A DNA stretch of 64,000 nucleotides from Nitrosopumilus sp. (GTDB lineage: Archaea > Thermoproteota > Nitrososphaeria > Nitrososphaerales > Nitrosopumilaceae): NCBI GenBank assembly GCA_965205215.1, contig OZ242041.1, positions 1,024,001 to 1,088,000 of the forward strand. The letters run 5' to 3'. Numbering within the stretch: position 1 is the stretch's first letter; each line of letters starts with the position of its first letter. Below the pieces are notes generated by a model. The model searched no databases. It was given only the letters and a program-made list of their open reading frames with translations, and was not told the DNA's origin. Position numbers and translations under genes: made by a program. Positions 49,377 through 59,608 of this stretch are shown here, piece after piece.

Positions 49377-49549
49377 CTCCCGGGCGCGTGCGCGGTACTG
49401 TTCTGACACCACCACAACTTGGAGGACAGGTTCTTGCACGCGGCGTGCATCTTGGAGCGTCACGTGGTACGGGGCGCGGCGCGTGCCCTGCGCGGCGGGC
49501 CGCCTGCATTCTGAACAAGTTATTTAAGTGAGGCTTCCAACCTACCGGC

Positions 49550-50002
49550 ATGGGCAGAAGCATTATGCTATTTGCAATCGTGGCCTCCATTGCCGCAGTC
49601 GGCGCCGTGTCTGTGACGGCCCCGGGCGACGCCATGGCGCACCCGTATCATCAGGGCGTGACAACCACGCCGATCAACGACGAGATCAGCATACAAAAGA
49701 CCGACGTGGTACTCAGCGTGCCTTCTGACAACGCGCTCCCGTGGGGGTTTGTGACAGGCCAGGCCTCTGAGCATGTGGCGGACTATCCCGTAATCATACA
49801 GTTCTACCAGGATGGCGAGCCCGTGCACATGGCGCAGGTCGACGTTAACGAGGACGGTTCCTACGAGTACCAGTTCAGGGTACTGTCAGTGGACCTCGAG
49901 ACGGGGCACACGACGCACATCTTTGAGGGCGACTATCTGGTGTCTATATTCAAGGTGGTTCCGACAGCGGCGCCGCCGGTTCCGATTGCCGGAACCGTCT
50001 AG
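49550..50002 (+). CDS. Secreted hypothetical protein
   Basis: Signal peptide, beta-rich body, TTATTTAA upstream. Confidence 0.75.
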   Translation: MGRSIMLFAIVASIAAVGAVSVTAPGDAMAHPYHQGVTTTPINDEISIQKTDVVLSVPSDNALPWGFVTGQASEHVADYPVIIQFYQDGEPVHMAQVDVNEDGSYEYQFRVLSVDLETGHTTHIFEGDYLVSIFKVVPTAAPPVPIAGTV

Positions 50003-50152
50003 ATCATTCTTTGCAGTCTTTTGCATCCTTTTTTTTTCGCACCTGTTTTTCACCTGGCCCTTCCCTTTCCATTCTTGCGGGCGCGATGCCGCCTGCGCCC
50101 CCTCCATTGTGTTTGGTTTTTTAATGGCCGCATGGGCGCCCACGTGTTGGGC

Positions 50153-51985
50153 ATGTCGCAATCATCCTTGCCGCCGGCTGGAGGCCGGCACAAGACGGGG
50201 CCGTGGAGCCTGGCAGAACTCGCGTCGGGGCCCCGCGACGTGCGGCTGTCACGCCAGGCGGAGCTCTTGCGCAAAAAGGCCGCGGCATTCGGAAAAAAGC
50301 GCAAGACGCTGTCGCCTGGGATGCCCGCCCGGAGCTTTGGCAGGGTCCTCCGCATGCTTGAGGACATAGTAGACCTGAGCAGCCGCACCGAGGGGTATGC
50401 GTCCCTGCTGCACGCGGCCGACACGCAGTCCGACGAGGCCACCTCGCTCCTGATGCGCATGTCAAAGCTCGACTCTGAGGTGTCAAACAGCATCCTGTTC
50501 TTCAGCCTGTGGTGGAAGCGCTGCGTCGACGACAGGAGCGCCGAGAGGCTCGCGTCCGGCTCGGGCGAGCTTGCCGACTACCTGCGTCACAAGAGGCGGC
50601 TTGCCAAGTACTCGCTAAGCGAGAAGGAGGAAAAGATCATCAACACGCTTGACGTGACCGGTGCCTCGGCGCTCGTAAACCTGTACGACAAGATAACCAA
50701 CGCGTACCAGTACAGGATGCGCGCGGGCAAGAGAACGCGCACCATGACCCGCGAGGAGATATCCAACTACGTGCGCAGCGCGAGCCCGCGGCTCCGCAGG
50801 GCCGCGTACGCCGAGCTGCTCTCAAAGTACGACTCTGAGAAGGGCGTCATAGGGCAGATATACCAGAACATCGTGCAGAACTGGGCCGACGAGACCGTGG
50901 GGATGAGGGGGTACAGGTCCGCAATATCGGCCCGCAACGTGGGAAACAACCTGGATGACCGCACGGTCGACTCGCTTCTTGCCTCGTGCCGGAAGAACGC
51001 GCCCCTGTTCCAGAAATTCTTCAGGACAAAGTCGCGGCTGCTCAAGGAGAGGCCGAAGAGGCTGCGGCGCTACGACCTCTATGCGCCTGCCGCGGCGGCC
51101 GGGAACAGGCGCAGGGGCGGCGCGGGGGAGAGGAGGTACTCGTACGACGCGGCCGTGCGCATGGTCCTTGACACGCTTGGCTCGTTTAGCCCCGCTCTCG
51201 GGGGGTTTGCAAGGAGCGTCATATCCGAGCGTCACGTGGACTCTGCCACGCGCCGCGGCAAGCGCGACGGGGCGTTCTGCAGCACGATATCGCCCGGCGT
51301 CACCCCGTACATACTGCTGAACTATACCGGGCGCATCCGGGACGTCTTCACGCTTGCCCACGAGATGGGGCACGCCGTGCACAGCATGGCGGCCGCCTCC
51401 CGCTCCATCCTGGTTCAGCACGCGCCCCTGCCGCTTGCGGAGACCGCGTCCACGTTCTCGGAACTTCTGCTGTATGACAGCATGGACAAGGGGCTGTCAG
51501 ACGGGGAGCGCCTCGGGATCCTGTCTGAGAAGATAGACGACATGTACGCGACCATAATGCGGCAGGCGTACTTTACGCTCTTTGAGGTAGAGGCGCACAG
51601 GATGATATCTGCAGACGGCGGGGCCACCATAGACGCGCTCTCGCAGGCATACCTGCGCAACCTGAGGGACCAGTTTGGCAGGTCCGTCGACGTGTCCGGG
51701 GACTTTGCTGTCGAGTGGAGCTGCATACCGCACTTTTACCACTCCCCGTTCTACTGCTATGCGTACTCGTTTGGCAACCTGCTGTCCCTCTCGCTCTTTC
51801 AGAGGTACAAGAGGGAGGGCGCCGACTTTGCGCCCTCGTATGTGGATATACTGGCGGCTGGCGGCTCGCAAAAGCCCGAGGATCTGCTGGCGTCACATGG
51901 GTTTGACATCACGTCCGAGTCGTTCTGGCAGGAGGGATTCGAGTACGTGTCCGAACAGGTCCGGTCGCTCGGCAAACTTGCCTGA
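50153..51985 (+). CDS. Oligoendopeptidase F (peptidase M3B)
   Basis: GKRDGAFC, FTLAHEMGHAVH, LAETASTFSE, IPHFYHSPFYCYAYSFG. Confidence 0.93.
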   Translation: MSQSSLPPAGGRHKTGPWSLAELASGPRDVRLSRQAELLRKKAAAFGKKRKTLSPGMPARSFGRVLRMLEDIVDLSSRTEGYASLLHAADTQSDEATSLLMRMSKLDSEVSNSILFFSLWWKRCVDDRSAERLASGSGELADYLRHKRRLAKYSLSEKEEKIINTLDVTGASALVNLYDKITNAYQYRMRAGKRTRTMTREEISNYVRSASPRLRRAAYAELLSKYDSEKGVIGQIYQNIVQNWADETVGMRGYRSAISARNVGNNLDDRTVDSLLASCRKNAPLFQKFFRTKSRLLKERPKRLRRYDLYAPAAAAGNRRRGGAGERRYSYDAAVRMVLDTLGSFSPALGGFARSVISERHVDSATRRGKRDGAFCSTISPGVTPYILLNYTGRIRDVFTLAHEMGHAVHSMAAASRSILVQHAPLPLAETASTFSELLLYDSMDKGLSDGERLGILSEKIDDMYATIMRQAYFTLFEVEAHRMISADGGATIDALSQAYLRNLRDQFGRSVDVSGDFAVEWSCIPHFYHSPFYCYAYSFGNLLSLSLFQRYKREGADFAPSYVDILAAGGSQKPEDLLASHGFDITSESFWQEGFEYVSEQVRSLGKLA

Positions 51986-52212
51986 TTGCGGACGTGCCGG
52001 TATGATGATGATGGTGATGATGATGGTTGTGATGGCTGTGACGGCGGCGCAACTGTTGCTGCTGCTGCCTGTGTAATGATAAAGGGGCCGGCAGTCCAAC
52101 GCACGAACTGCCGGCCTGTTCCCCGAACGGTTTGAGTTCGATGTCGCCGTGCGTGCGGCGGGGTGCGATTTAAACCTTAAACTTTATACTTCTTGCACGG
52201 GACGCGCAGCGC

Positions 52213-53466
52213 ATGATGGTGACGGCGGCGGCAGCGGCAATGTGCGCGGCGGCAGCCGTCACGGCCTGCCTTGTCGCGTTGCCGTACGCGTCTCCTGCCC
52301 CCGCGTACTCGCAGGGCGAGGTGGGGCTTGCAACGTTCCATGAGGGCGCCACCGTGCTCGTGGACAGGACGGGCTCGCACAACGTCTCCGCATCCGTCAC
52401 GCTGCAGAGCACCAGCATACTTGAGATGCGGGTTCCGCAGCCCCTTGAGAAGCAGCTGAGGGACGACGCGCTGATTACGGCCGTCGTCGTGACAAACCAG
52501 GGGCGTTGCGTCCTGGGCGTGGGCGACGACGAATCGTGCATACTGGTAAACATGGAGCGCGATCCCGAGGCGGCCGGAATCATATCATTGCAAGATTCCT
52601 CGCGCGAGAGGGCCGACGCGTACATCGGGGCGATAAACGAGGCGCTCGACACCGACGCCTCGTACCATTCTGTGTTCGTGCACTCGGGCGGCGACAGTTC
52701 CGGCGCGTCGGCTGGGCTGCCCGGCATTGCCTCGGGCAGGGCCACCGTGTCGGTGGTGTACGTGATGCCTATGGCGGACACCGACTGGATGTACCAAAAG
52801 ATGTCCTCAATACTACTTCCGGGGCAGATAAGGGAGTCCGGCGGGTTCTACGACGCGGCAGGGACCCTTGCGTCCCAGGGCAACGCAAAGATGCTATTTG
52901 CGATAATCCCGTCTGACTCCGGCTCGCTTTTGCAGCTAAAGGTGGCGTCTGCCAGGCCCATAAACGCGTCGGCAGCAGACGTCATCAGGCCGCTTGAGAT
53001 GATGGGGCTTGAGACGCTAGAGCGCTCCGAATACTTTTCGTCCGGGTTCTACCCTCTCAACTCGGTAGTCCAGGTGGCCATCTCCTCTGCAGACGCGGAA
53101 GTCTCCGTACGCGGCTCGGCGCAGGCAGAGCTTCCCACCCGGGTCGTGGACGGGGAGAAGATACCGACTGACGTGACGGGGGAAGGCTGGATATTTGACC
53201 CGGACCGCGGCAAGCTGATACATGCAAAGTACATCTTCGGGCAGCATAAGACTGCGCTCGAGCCGGGGGACCTTGAGATTGTGCTGGCCGCCGGCGGTAG
53301 CGGCGGCGGCGACACTGCCGACGGCATAGGCGGCGTGGATATTCCAGGTACTCAGACCGACGAGCAGCTGATGGTCGTGATTGCGGTGGTCGCGATTGCG
53401 GCCGCCGTCGCCATATTCTACCTGCGCGGCTATGGCGGGGCAAGGCGCAGGCAGCCTGTGTCGTAG
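52213..53466 (+). CDS. Membrane-anchored secreted hypothetical protein
   Basis: Signal peptide and C-terminal TM helix followed by a basic tail. Confidence 0.78.
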   Translation: MMVTAAAAAMCAAAAVTACLVALPYASPAPAYSQGEVGLATFHEGATVLVDRTGSHNVSASVTLQSTSILEMRVPQPLEKQLRDDALITAVVVTNQGRCVLGVGDDESCILVNMERDPEAAGIISLQDSSRERADAYIGAINEALDTDASYHSVFVHSGGDSSGASAGLPGIASGRATVSVVYVMPMADTDWMYQKMSSILLPGQIRESGGFYDAAGTLASQGNAKMLFAIIPSDSGSLLQLKVASARPINASAADVIRPLEMMGLETLERSEYFSSGFYPLNSVVQVAISSADAEVSVRGSAQAELPTRVVDGEKIPTDVTGEGWIFDPDRGKLIHAKYIFGQHKTALEPGDLEIVLAAGGSGGGDTADGIGGVDIPGTQTDEQLMVVIAVVAIAAAVAIFYLRGYGGARRRQPVS

Positions 53467-53553
53467 CCTCTGAGCCGCCGGCAGCCATCCGCGGCGCCCT
53501 TTTTCATCTACCCGCTTGCCCACCCTTGTCGCGCCGTGCGGGTCGGGGGTGCG

Positions 53554-54105
53554 TCACAGCAGCAGTACGGCCGCTGCAAACACAGTGGTCCACTTGCCGT
53601 CCCTGTCGCCCCGCGCGGCCTGCGTGATGTTGTGCGTGTTGTATATCTGCCCCGATATCGACCACTGCTGCCTCTTCTCGTCCCAGTTCTTGTCCACGTC
53701 AAAGGGTATTCCAAGCGACGACGCAAGCATCTGGGCCGCTATGTCCTCCGCATAGTCCCCCGCCTGCTCCTCGTTTTGCCCAAACGAGTCGTACTCTGAG
53801 AGGTATCCGTACCGGCCGGTGTCCTTTGGCCTTGCAAGTCCGACGGACGCGGCGCACATGCGGTGCGGCTCGTTTGTCTGGTTCTTCGAGTATATCGTAA
53901 ACAGTATCTGCCCGGGCTTGATCTGCTTGAGCCCCTCCCTCCTTGATACCATCTTGGCGCCCGGCGGGAATATGCTTGATATCAAAACAATGTTGGTCCC
54001 GGCAATTCCGGCGTCCCTGAGCGCGTACTCAAAGCTCGTGAGCCTGTCCTCGTGCACTCCCTTGCCCTTTGTCATAAAGAGTTTCTTCGCGACCAGATCC
54101 AGCAT
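53554..54105 (-). CDS. pdaD: Pyruvoyl-dependent arginine decarboxylase
   Basis: LTSFEYALRDAGI..NIVLISSIFPP, YGYLSE. Confidence 0.92.
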   Translation of the reverse strand: MLDLVAKKLFMTKGKGVHEDRLTSFEYALRDAGIAGTNIVLISSIFPPGAKMVSRREGLKQIKPGQILFTIYSKNQTNEPHRMCAASVGLARPKDTGRYGYLSEYDSFGQNEEQAGDYAEDIAAQMLASSLGIPFDVDKNWDEKRQQWSISGQIYNTHNITQAARGDRDGKWTTVFAAAVLLL

Positions 54106-54215
54106 GTCACGCCCTTTGGGAATTGTTATTTAAAATTTGGCCGCACACGGCAGCACCCGCGCCGGTGACCCAAACCCCTCACGACTGCTGGGCAGTCCAG
54201 TGTACTAACCGCAGC

Positions 54216-54473
54216 CTATTTTCTGCCGCCTGATTCGTCCCTGTCGTTTTCCCGCCTTTTCTTGCGCTTGCGCTTGTCCGGCGACCTCTCCTCCTGCGTC
54301 AGAAACACGTATGTGAAAAACGCGCCCAGGCCGATGTTGACTACTGCCATGAACGTGATTATCATCGTCACCGCCGGCGGCGCGACCCCGAGCCCTATTG
54401 CAATTCCCATCGTGCCTGTTCCAAAGAAGAGCATCGCAAGAATCTTGGCCTTGACAGGTGAGATGTAGCGCAT
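54216..54473 (-). CDS. Small two-TM membrane protein
   Basis: MRYISPVK start, two hydrophobic helices, basic tail. Confidence 0.72.
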   Translation of the reverse strand: MRYISPVKAKILAMLFFGTGTMGIAIGLGVAPPAVTMIITFMAVVNIGLGAFFTYVFLTQEERSPDKRKRKKRRENDRDESGGRK

Positions 54474-54764
54474 GAGCAAGGTGCCTCCTGCATGATTATA
54501 AAGCAAGTGCTTTGCCGTCGGCACCATCGCTGCTACTGCCGCGATTACCGCCGTCGCGCGCATGCAGCCACCACGTGGCGGCCGAGAATGGAAACGCAGC
54601 TTGCTCGGTTATTGGGGGGCGGGGCGGGGCGCCGACTATCCGTGCCTACGCCCGCCGGCTGTCCGCACCCCTGCGTCCGGCGGCGCGTTTTGCGCACCCC
54701 TGCACCGCTGATGCCCGCGGCGATTCGCAACATTTTAAATTTAAACGCCGCCGCCGCATGCCGT

Positions 54765-54839
54765 GCCAATGTAGCTCAGCCTGGTTAGAGCATTCGCCTT
54801 GTAAGCGAAAGGTCGTGGGTTCGGATCCCATCATTGGCT
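54765..54839 (+). tRNA. tRNA-Thr (TGT)
   Basis: Acceptor GCCAATG/CATTGGC, anticodon arm TTCGC-CTTGTAA-GCGAA, GGTTCGGATCC; TTTAAA box upstream and T-run downstream. Confidence 0.95.
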
Positions 54840-55046
54840 TTTGTAAAAAACGACTCGCCCGCGGCGCTGCGCAGCGCCGTGATCCGGCCCAGCCTGCCAC
54901 CGTCTGCGCCGCGCCCGCAGCGTCTGCCCGCTCTCGTGCAGCGCCACGATCTACCGCGCGTGACCGTCTGGTGCGTGCAACCGAACTTGTACCAGATAAA
55001 AAACTTCTCGGTACACCTTATATGGTCTGAACCGCTACTACATGCA

Positions 55047-56006
55047 ATGAAGACAAAGACGACAATACTGGTCCTCTTTGCTGCGCTCTCTGCATCGTTG
55101 GTGTTCGCGTCGGCCGCCCCCGCGTATGCGGAGGTCCCGTCGTGGATCAAGAACAACGCCGCATGGTGGGCCGAGGGGCAGATATCGGAGGCCGAGTTTC
55201 TTGCAGGAATCGCGTACCTGATATCGTCGGGAACCATAACCGTGCCCGCCGACCCTGCGCCCGGCGGAGGCCCGGCCGGCGCGCAGGAGGGCGGCGTCCC
55301 CGAATGGGTCAAGAACAACGCCGCGTGGTGGGCCGACGATCTGATCTCCGACGACGACTTCCTGAACGGGATACAGTATCTGGTAAGGGCCGGACTGATC
55401 GCCGTGTCTGTCCCCGCGGAATCCGGGGGCGCCGAGGAGACTGGCGCCGCAGACCCTGCGTCTTCGGAGACGGAAGGCGACTCCGCACTGGCCGAGCTCG
55501 AGGCTCAGCTTGCAGAATGCGCCAAGATAACAAAGGCGTACAAGAGGATCGACTGCGAAAAGCCCGTCAAGCAGGCCATCCTGCTGCACGACTATAGGAC
55601 TAACGCGGAGCTGTTCCCCGTGGGCCCGATAAACTACTACTGGTTCGGAATGGGAAGCGAGGGGAGCAGCTTTGAGATAAGCCCGTCGGGCCAGGCCCTG
55701 CTCTCCCTACGTATGCTCGCAGAGAACACGAGCGACGATATAGAGTCGCTTGACTGCACGAGTCCGTCCCTGTGCAACTACGACGTCTGGGACGGCTCCA
55801 CCGCGTTCAGGTACGCAGGCACCGACTTTACGAGCGGGCAGATAGTGCTGAACCCCGGGGACGCAAGGGAGTTTAACATACTGTTCGGCCCCAACGTTGG
55901 GTACGGCGGCTCGCAGTTCCTGTACGACGAGTCAAAAGAGTACCACTTCCGGATAAACGAGTCGTTTGGAAGCACGATGGTGCCGCTTGGACTTGGCCAA
56001 GACTGA
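55047..56006 (+). CDS. Secreted protein with two N-terminal VPxWxKNNAAWW domains and a C-terminal Ig-like domain
   Basis: Signal peptide ending AYA; VPSWIKNNAAWWAEGQIS..EF..GI.YLI and VPEWVKNNAAWW. Confidence 0.82.
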   Translation: MKTKTTILVLFAALSASLVFASAAPAYAEVPSWIKNNAAWWAEGQISEAEFLAGIAYLISSGTITVPADPAPGGGPAGAQEGGVPEWVKNNAAWWADDLISDDDFLNGIQYLVRAGLIAVSVPAESGGAEETGAADPASSETEGDSALAELEAQLAECAKITKAYKRIDCEKPVKQAILLHDYRTNAELFPVGPINYYWFGMGSEGSSFEISPSGQALLSLRMLAENTSDDIESLDCTSPSLCNYDVWDGSTAFRYAGTDFTSGQIVLNPGDAREFNILFGPNVGYGGSQFLYDESKEYHFRINESFGSTMVPLGLGQD

Positions 56007-56036
56007 GCCCGGATCGGCGCGGCGTGAGAGCCGGTT

Positions 56037-56333
56037 CTAGCCGGCCGTCCCGCGGAGCTGGCGCTCTGCGCTCTTTTTTACTCCCCTCTTCTTTTTTATG
56101 AGACTGTACATGATCATCCCGACGTTGATTATCGAGACTATCTCGATCAGGTCGACCCCGTACAGCAGCCAGTCAAGCACGGGGTGGACCCTTGAGACGT
56201 ATCCGGCCTCAAGCATCATGTCCGCGTTCCACACCATGTGGGGAATCTGGATGAACTGTATTACCGCGATTATTATCACGCTTCCCAGTATCTTGTCCTC
56301 GTACCAGTTCCAGAATTTATTCCATGCATTCAT
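56037..56333 (-). CDS. Small membrane protein
   Basis: 98 aa, two hydrophobic segments with QIPH and DLIE, basic tail. Confidence 0.75.
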   Translation of the reverse strand: MNAWNKFWNWYEDKILGSVIIIAVIQFIQIPHMVWNADMMLEAGYVSRVHPVLDWLLYGVDLIEIVSIINVGMIMYSLIKKKRGVKKSAERQLRGTAG

Positions 56334-56371
56334 GGAAATACTTGGCTGTACCGCATAATAAGCAGATTGAA

Positions 56372-56432
56372 AATTAGACTAGTCTAATTAGGATGCGCTA
56401 ATTAGGATGCGCTAATTAGGATGCGCTAATTA
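56372..56432. promoter_or_regulatory. Array of four TTAG-N6-CTAA boxes (palindrome plus 14-bp tandem repeat)
   Basis: AATTAGACTAGTCTAATT perfect palindrome followed by (CTAATTAGGATGCG)3. Confidence 0.6.
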
Positions 56433-56486
56433 AAAATATTAATTATTTGACACATTTACTTTTCCGGCAAGAAAAAATTAAACTGT

Positions 56487-56518
56487 CCTGCAAACCCGGC
56501 GCCCTGCAAACCCGGCGC
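56487..56518 (+). repeat. 16-bp tandem duplication CCTGCAAACCCGGCGC x2
   Basis: Direct reading. Confidence 0.85.
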
Positions 56519-56629
56519 CGCTGCGGCGCGCGTCTGTAGCCGTCGCGCAGTTGTTTTTCCGCCAGGTAAGAACGCAGCTATGCTCGGCTGCCGCCGCTTC
56601 GCATGCTGCTCCGCCAAATGCGCCGGGCG

Positions 56630-58093
56630 CTAGCTTCTGGCGTCTGCCCCTATCCTCTCCCGCTTGACCCACACAGTCTTGTCCCCGCGATCAAAGAGCT
56701 CCACGCGCCGCGCCCTGAGTCTGTCCCTTGCCGCGTCGGCCTCCTCGTATCGGCCCTGCCTTCTCAGGCCGTTGCGCGCCTCCACCTCGGAGTCGATTGC
56801 CGCGGCCTCGGCAGGATCCATGTCAGGCACCCTCAGGCCAAGAATCCGGGACATCCTTGAGAGCTCCGCCCACGCGCCGGCCGCCCACCCCGGGTCCAGC
56901 GCGCTGCCCGCGGCCAGGGCGTTTGCGTCGGACACCACGTCCATCACCGCCGACACTGCCAGGTGCGTGTTGAGGTCGTCGTCTAGCGCGGCATCAAACC
57001 TGCCTCCCGCATCGGCCAGCCTGCCTGCGGCGCCGGCATCTCCGGGGCCGTCCCCGCCTTTGCCGCCCGCATCCCCCGCCGCGTGCATCAGCTCGTAGTG
57101 GCACGCCTCTATCTGGCGCCACCTTGCAAGGCTCTCGCGGAGGTTTTCATCCGAATAGTCCACCGGCTTTGAGTAGTGGCCCGACAGGCAGAACAGCCTG
57201 ATCACGTTTGGTCCCCAGTCCTCCAGCGCGCGCCTCACCGACCTGATGTTGCCAAGCGACTTTGACATCTTCTCGCCGCCGATCGTCACCATTCCCACGT
57301 GCATCCATATCCTGGCAAACATGCTGCCCGTCCGGGTCTCGGACTGGGCTATCTCGTTCTCGTGGTGGGGGAATATCAGGTCGCGCCCCCCACCGTGTAT
57401 GTCTATGCAGTCGCCCAGGTATTTCGTACTCATCGCGGAGCACTCTATGTGCCAGCCGGGGCGCCCTGCCCCCCACGGGCTGTCCCACGACGGGTGCCCG
57501 GAATCGAACTTCCACAGGGCAAAGTCGAGCGGATCACGCTTTGCCTCGTCTACCTCGATGCGGGCGCCGGACCTCAGCTGGTCAGTTTTTTTCCCAGAAA
57601 GCTTGCCGTACTGCGAAAACTCCGACACTGCAAAGTAGACGCCGTTTTTTGCCACGTATGCCGCGCCCCTTCCGATAAGTTCCGCGATGAACCCTATGAT
57701 GTCCGGGATGTGCTCCGTGGCCCTCGGGTACGAGTCGGCCTTGAGCACGTTTAGCCTCTCAAACTCCTCGTGGTATCTCTTGATGTACCTCTCGCTAAGC
57801 TCCGAGGCCTGTATCCCCTCGTCTCGCGCCCGCGCTATTATCTTGTCATCGACGTCCGTAAAGTTCTGCACCATCGTGGCCCGTATCCCCCTGCCCTCGA
57901 GGTGGCGCCTCAGGACGTCGAACGTTATGATGGTCCTCGCGTGGCCTATGTGCGCGTCGTCGTATACCGTCACGCCGCACAGGTATATCGACACGGCATT
58001 GGCGCCCTGTCCTGACGGGCTTGACCTCTTCCCGGAGAGCGTGTCGTGTATCGTGATGCCGCCTGCGCCACTGTTGCCGCCGTCTGCCGCCAT
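56630..58093 (-). CDS. cysS: Cysteine--tRNA ligase
   Basis: CGVTVY...HIGHAR, NFTDVDDK, GRPGWHIECSAM, FPHHENE, KMSKS. Confidence 0.97.
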   Translation of the reverse strand: MAADGGNSGAGGITIHDTLSGKRSSPSGQGANAVSIYLCGVTVYDDAHIGHARTIITFDVLRRHLEGRGIRATMVQNFTDVDDKIIARARDEGIQASELSERYIKRYHEEFERLNVLKADSYPRATEHIPDIIGFIAELIGRGAAYVAKNGVYFAVSEFSQYGKLSGKKTDQLRSGARIEVDEAKRDPLDFALWKFDSGHPSWDSPWGAGRPGWHIECSAMSTKYLGDCIDIHGGGRDLIFPHHENEIAQSETRTGSMFARIWMHVGMVTIGGEKMSKSLGNIRSVRRALEDWGPNVIRLFCLSGHYSKPVDYSDENLRESLARWRQIEACHYELMHAAGDAGGKGGDGPGDAGAAGRLADAGGRFDAALDDDLNTHLAVSAVMDVVSDANALAAGSALDPGWAAGAWAELSRMSRILGLRVPDMDPAEAAAIDSEVEARNGLRRQGRYEEADAARDRLRARRVELFDRGDKTVWVKRERIGADARS

Positions 58094-58113
58094 GTCTCTG
58101 CTCCCCCCCTATG

Positions 58114-58926
58114 TTACCTGACGTCGTACGCCTGCCCGAGATCCTCCCTGGCCGGCGGCCCCCTCTTGTGTCCACTTGAGCGGTTCATCTCCAGAATGTC
58201 ACGCGCCCTTGCAACGTCGACCCGGGCCGCCTCCGCGGCCGCCTCTACGGGCATCCCCTTCTCGATGGCGCACCACAGCACGGAGTCGATCTCCTCGTAT
58301 GTGGCGCCGATCTCAGATTCCGCCTCGTCCCCCTTTCGCAGGAACGGACTGCTCTTCTTCCGTATTATGGTGTCCGGCACGCCCAGGTGTTCTGCCAGTT
58401 TCCTCACCTGCAGCTTGTAAAGCGAGACTATCGGGGCCACGTCTGACGCGCCGTCGCCGTACTTGGTAAAGTATCCGATCAGGTGCTCGCTCCTGTCGCT
58501 TGAGCCCAGGACGAGCAGGTTCTTTGCGTTCGCGTAATAGTACAGTATGTTTGCCCTGACCCTTGCGGCGAGGTTGGCCCTAGCGTCCCCGTTGGGCTCC
58601 AGGTACATGCTGTACTCGCGCAGTATGGGGGCGATGTCCACGAGCTTGTGCTGCATGCCCAGTATCGATATTATCCTCTGGGCGTCGGCCGTCTCCGACT
58701 CGGGGGTTACCGTCGTGTCCGGCATCATTATCGCGAGGGTCTTCTCAAGTAGCCCGTCTGCCCTGCACAGGTACGCCAGCACCGCCGAGTCGATCCCCCC
58801 GCTGAGGCCCAGCACGAGCCCGTCTGCGCGCGCCTCTGCAATCCGTTGCCGGATGTAGCCGCGTATGCGGCCCGCTATGCGGCCATAGTCCTGCTCCGTG
58901 ATCTCCGATGTGATATCCGCGCCCAA
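58114..58926 (-). CDS. nadE: NH3-dependent NAD+ synthetase
   Basis: GLSGGIDS, NLAARVR, GYFTKYGDG, LYKLQV. Confidence 0.95.
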   Translation of the reverse strand: MGADITSEITEQDYGRIAGRIRGYIRQRIAEARADGLVLGLSGGIDSAVLAYLCRADGLLEKTLAIMMPDTTVTPESETADAQRIISILGMQHKLVDIAPILREYSMYLEPNGDARANLAARVRANILYYYANAKNLLVLGSSDRSEHLIGYFTKYGDGASDVAPIVSLYKLQVRKLAEHLGVPDTIIRKKSSPFLRKGDEAESEIGATYEEIDSVLWCAIEKGMPVEAAAEAARVDVARARDILEMNRSSGHKRGPPAREDLGQAYDVR

Positions 58927-59031
58927 CGTGACACCGGGCGCCCCGTATCAGAATAAAGGTTATGTTGCTGTAGCTGTCGCTGTCGCCGCCGCACCGGGGG
59001 ACGCCGGCATTTATCACTCGGGCCGCGCGCA

Positions 59032-59334
59032 CTACACGTCGACGTATATGCCGTCATCCCTTACGTCCACCGCATACGTCTGCAGCTTTACGTCCTTCAT
59101 GTAATCCTTGAGCTCGCCGGTCCTGATGTTGTAGTGCCAAAAATGCAGGGGGCACTCTACGATGTCTCCCTCAAGCTTGCCCGGCGCGATAGATCCGTCC
59201 TGATGCACGCACAAGTCGTCCATGGCGTGGTATCCGTCCTGGTTGAAGAGCGCAATCTGCTTGCCGTCCACCTCAAAGGACCTGCCCTTGCCCGGCTGCA
59301 CGTCTCCCTTCTGGGCGATCTTCCTCCATGCCAT
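59032..59334 (-). CDS. Rieske-type [2Fe-2S] ferredoxin
   Basis: CVH...CPLH ligands. Confidence 0.9.
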   Translation of the reverse strand: MAWRKIAQKGDVQPGKGRSFEVDGKQIALFNQDGYHAMDDLCVHQDGSIAPGKLEGDIVECPLHFWHYNIRTGELKDYMKDVKLQTYAVDVRDDGIYVDV

Positions 59335-59608
59335 GAGTGTGCGCGTGCAGGGCGCGTATTTAGACTGTTTGGCCCGGGCCGGAAGCTGTGAACCGGCAGG
59401 CGCAAATGAGGGGCCTGTGATCGGCGCACACCCGCGTCAGAACGTCACGATTGGCATAGAGGAGTAGGAGAATCTGAAGCCCGGCGAAAAAACCCCGGTA
59501 CTGCGCGGCCGCCGTACCGGCGCTTCTCGAGGGATCTCCTGCCGCCCGGCAGTTTCACCGGACCCAGTCGGAGTGACGGCCGCGGCGCCGTATAGGATTT
59601 TATAGCAT

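Noticed and set aside
56384-56432. Possible CRISPR array
   Set aside because: The 14-bp units are contiguous, with no unique spacers and no cas genes nearby.
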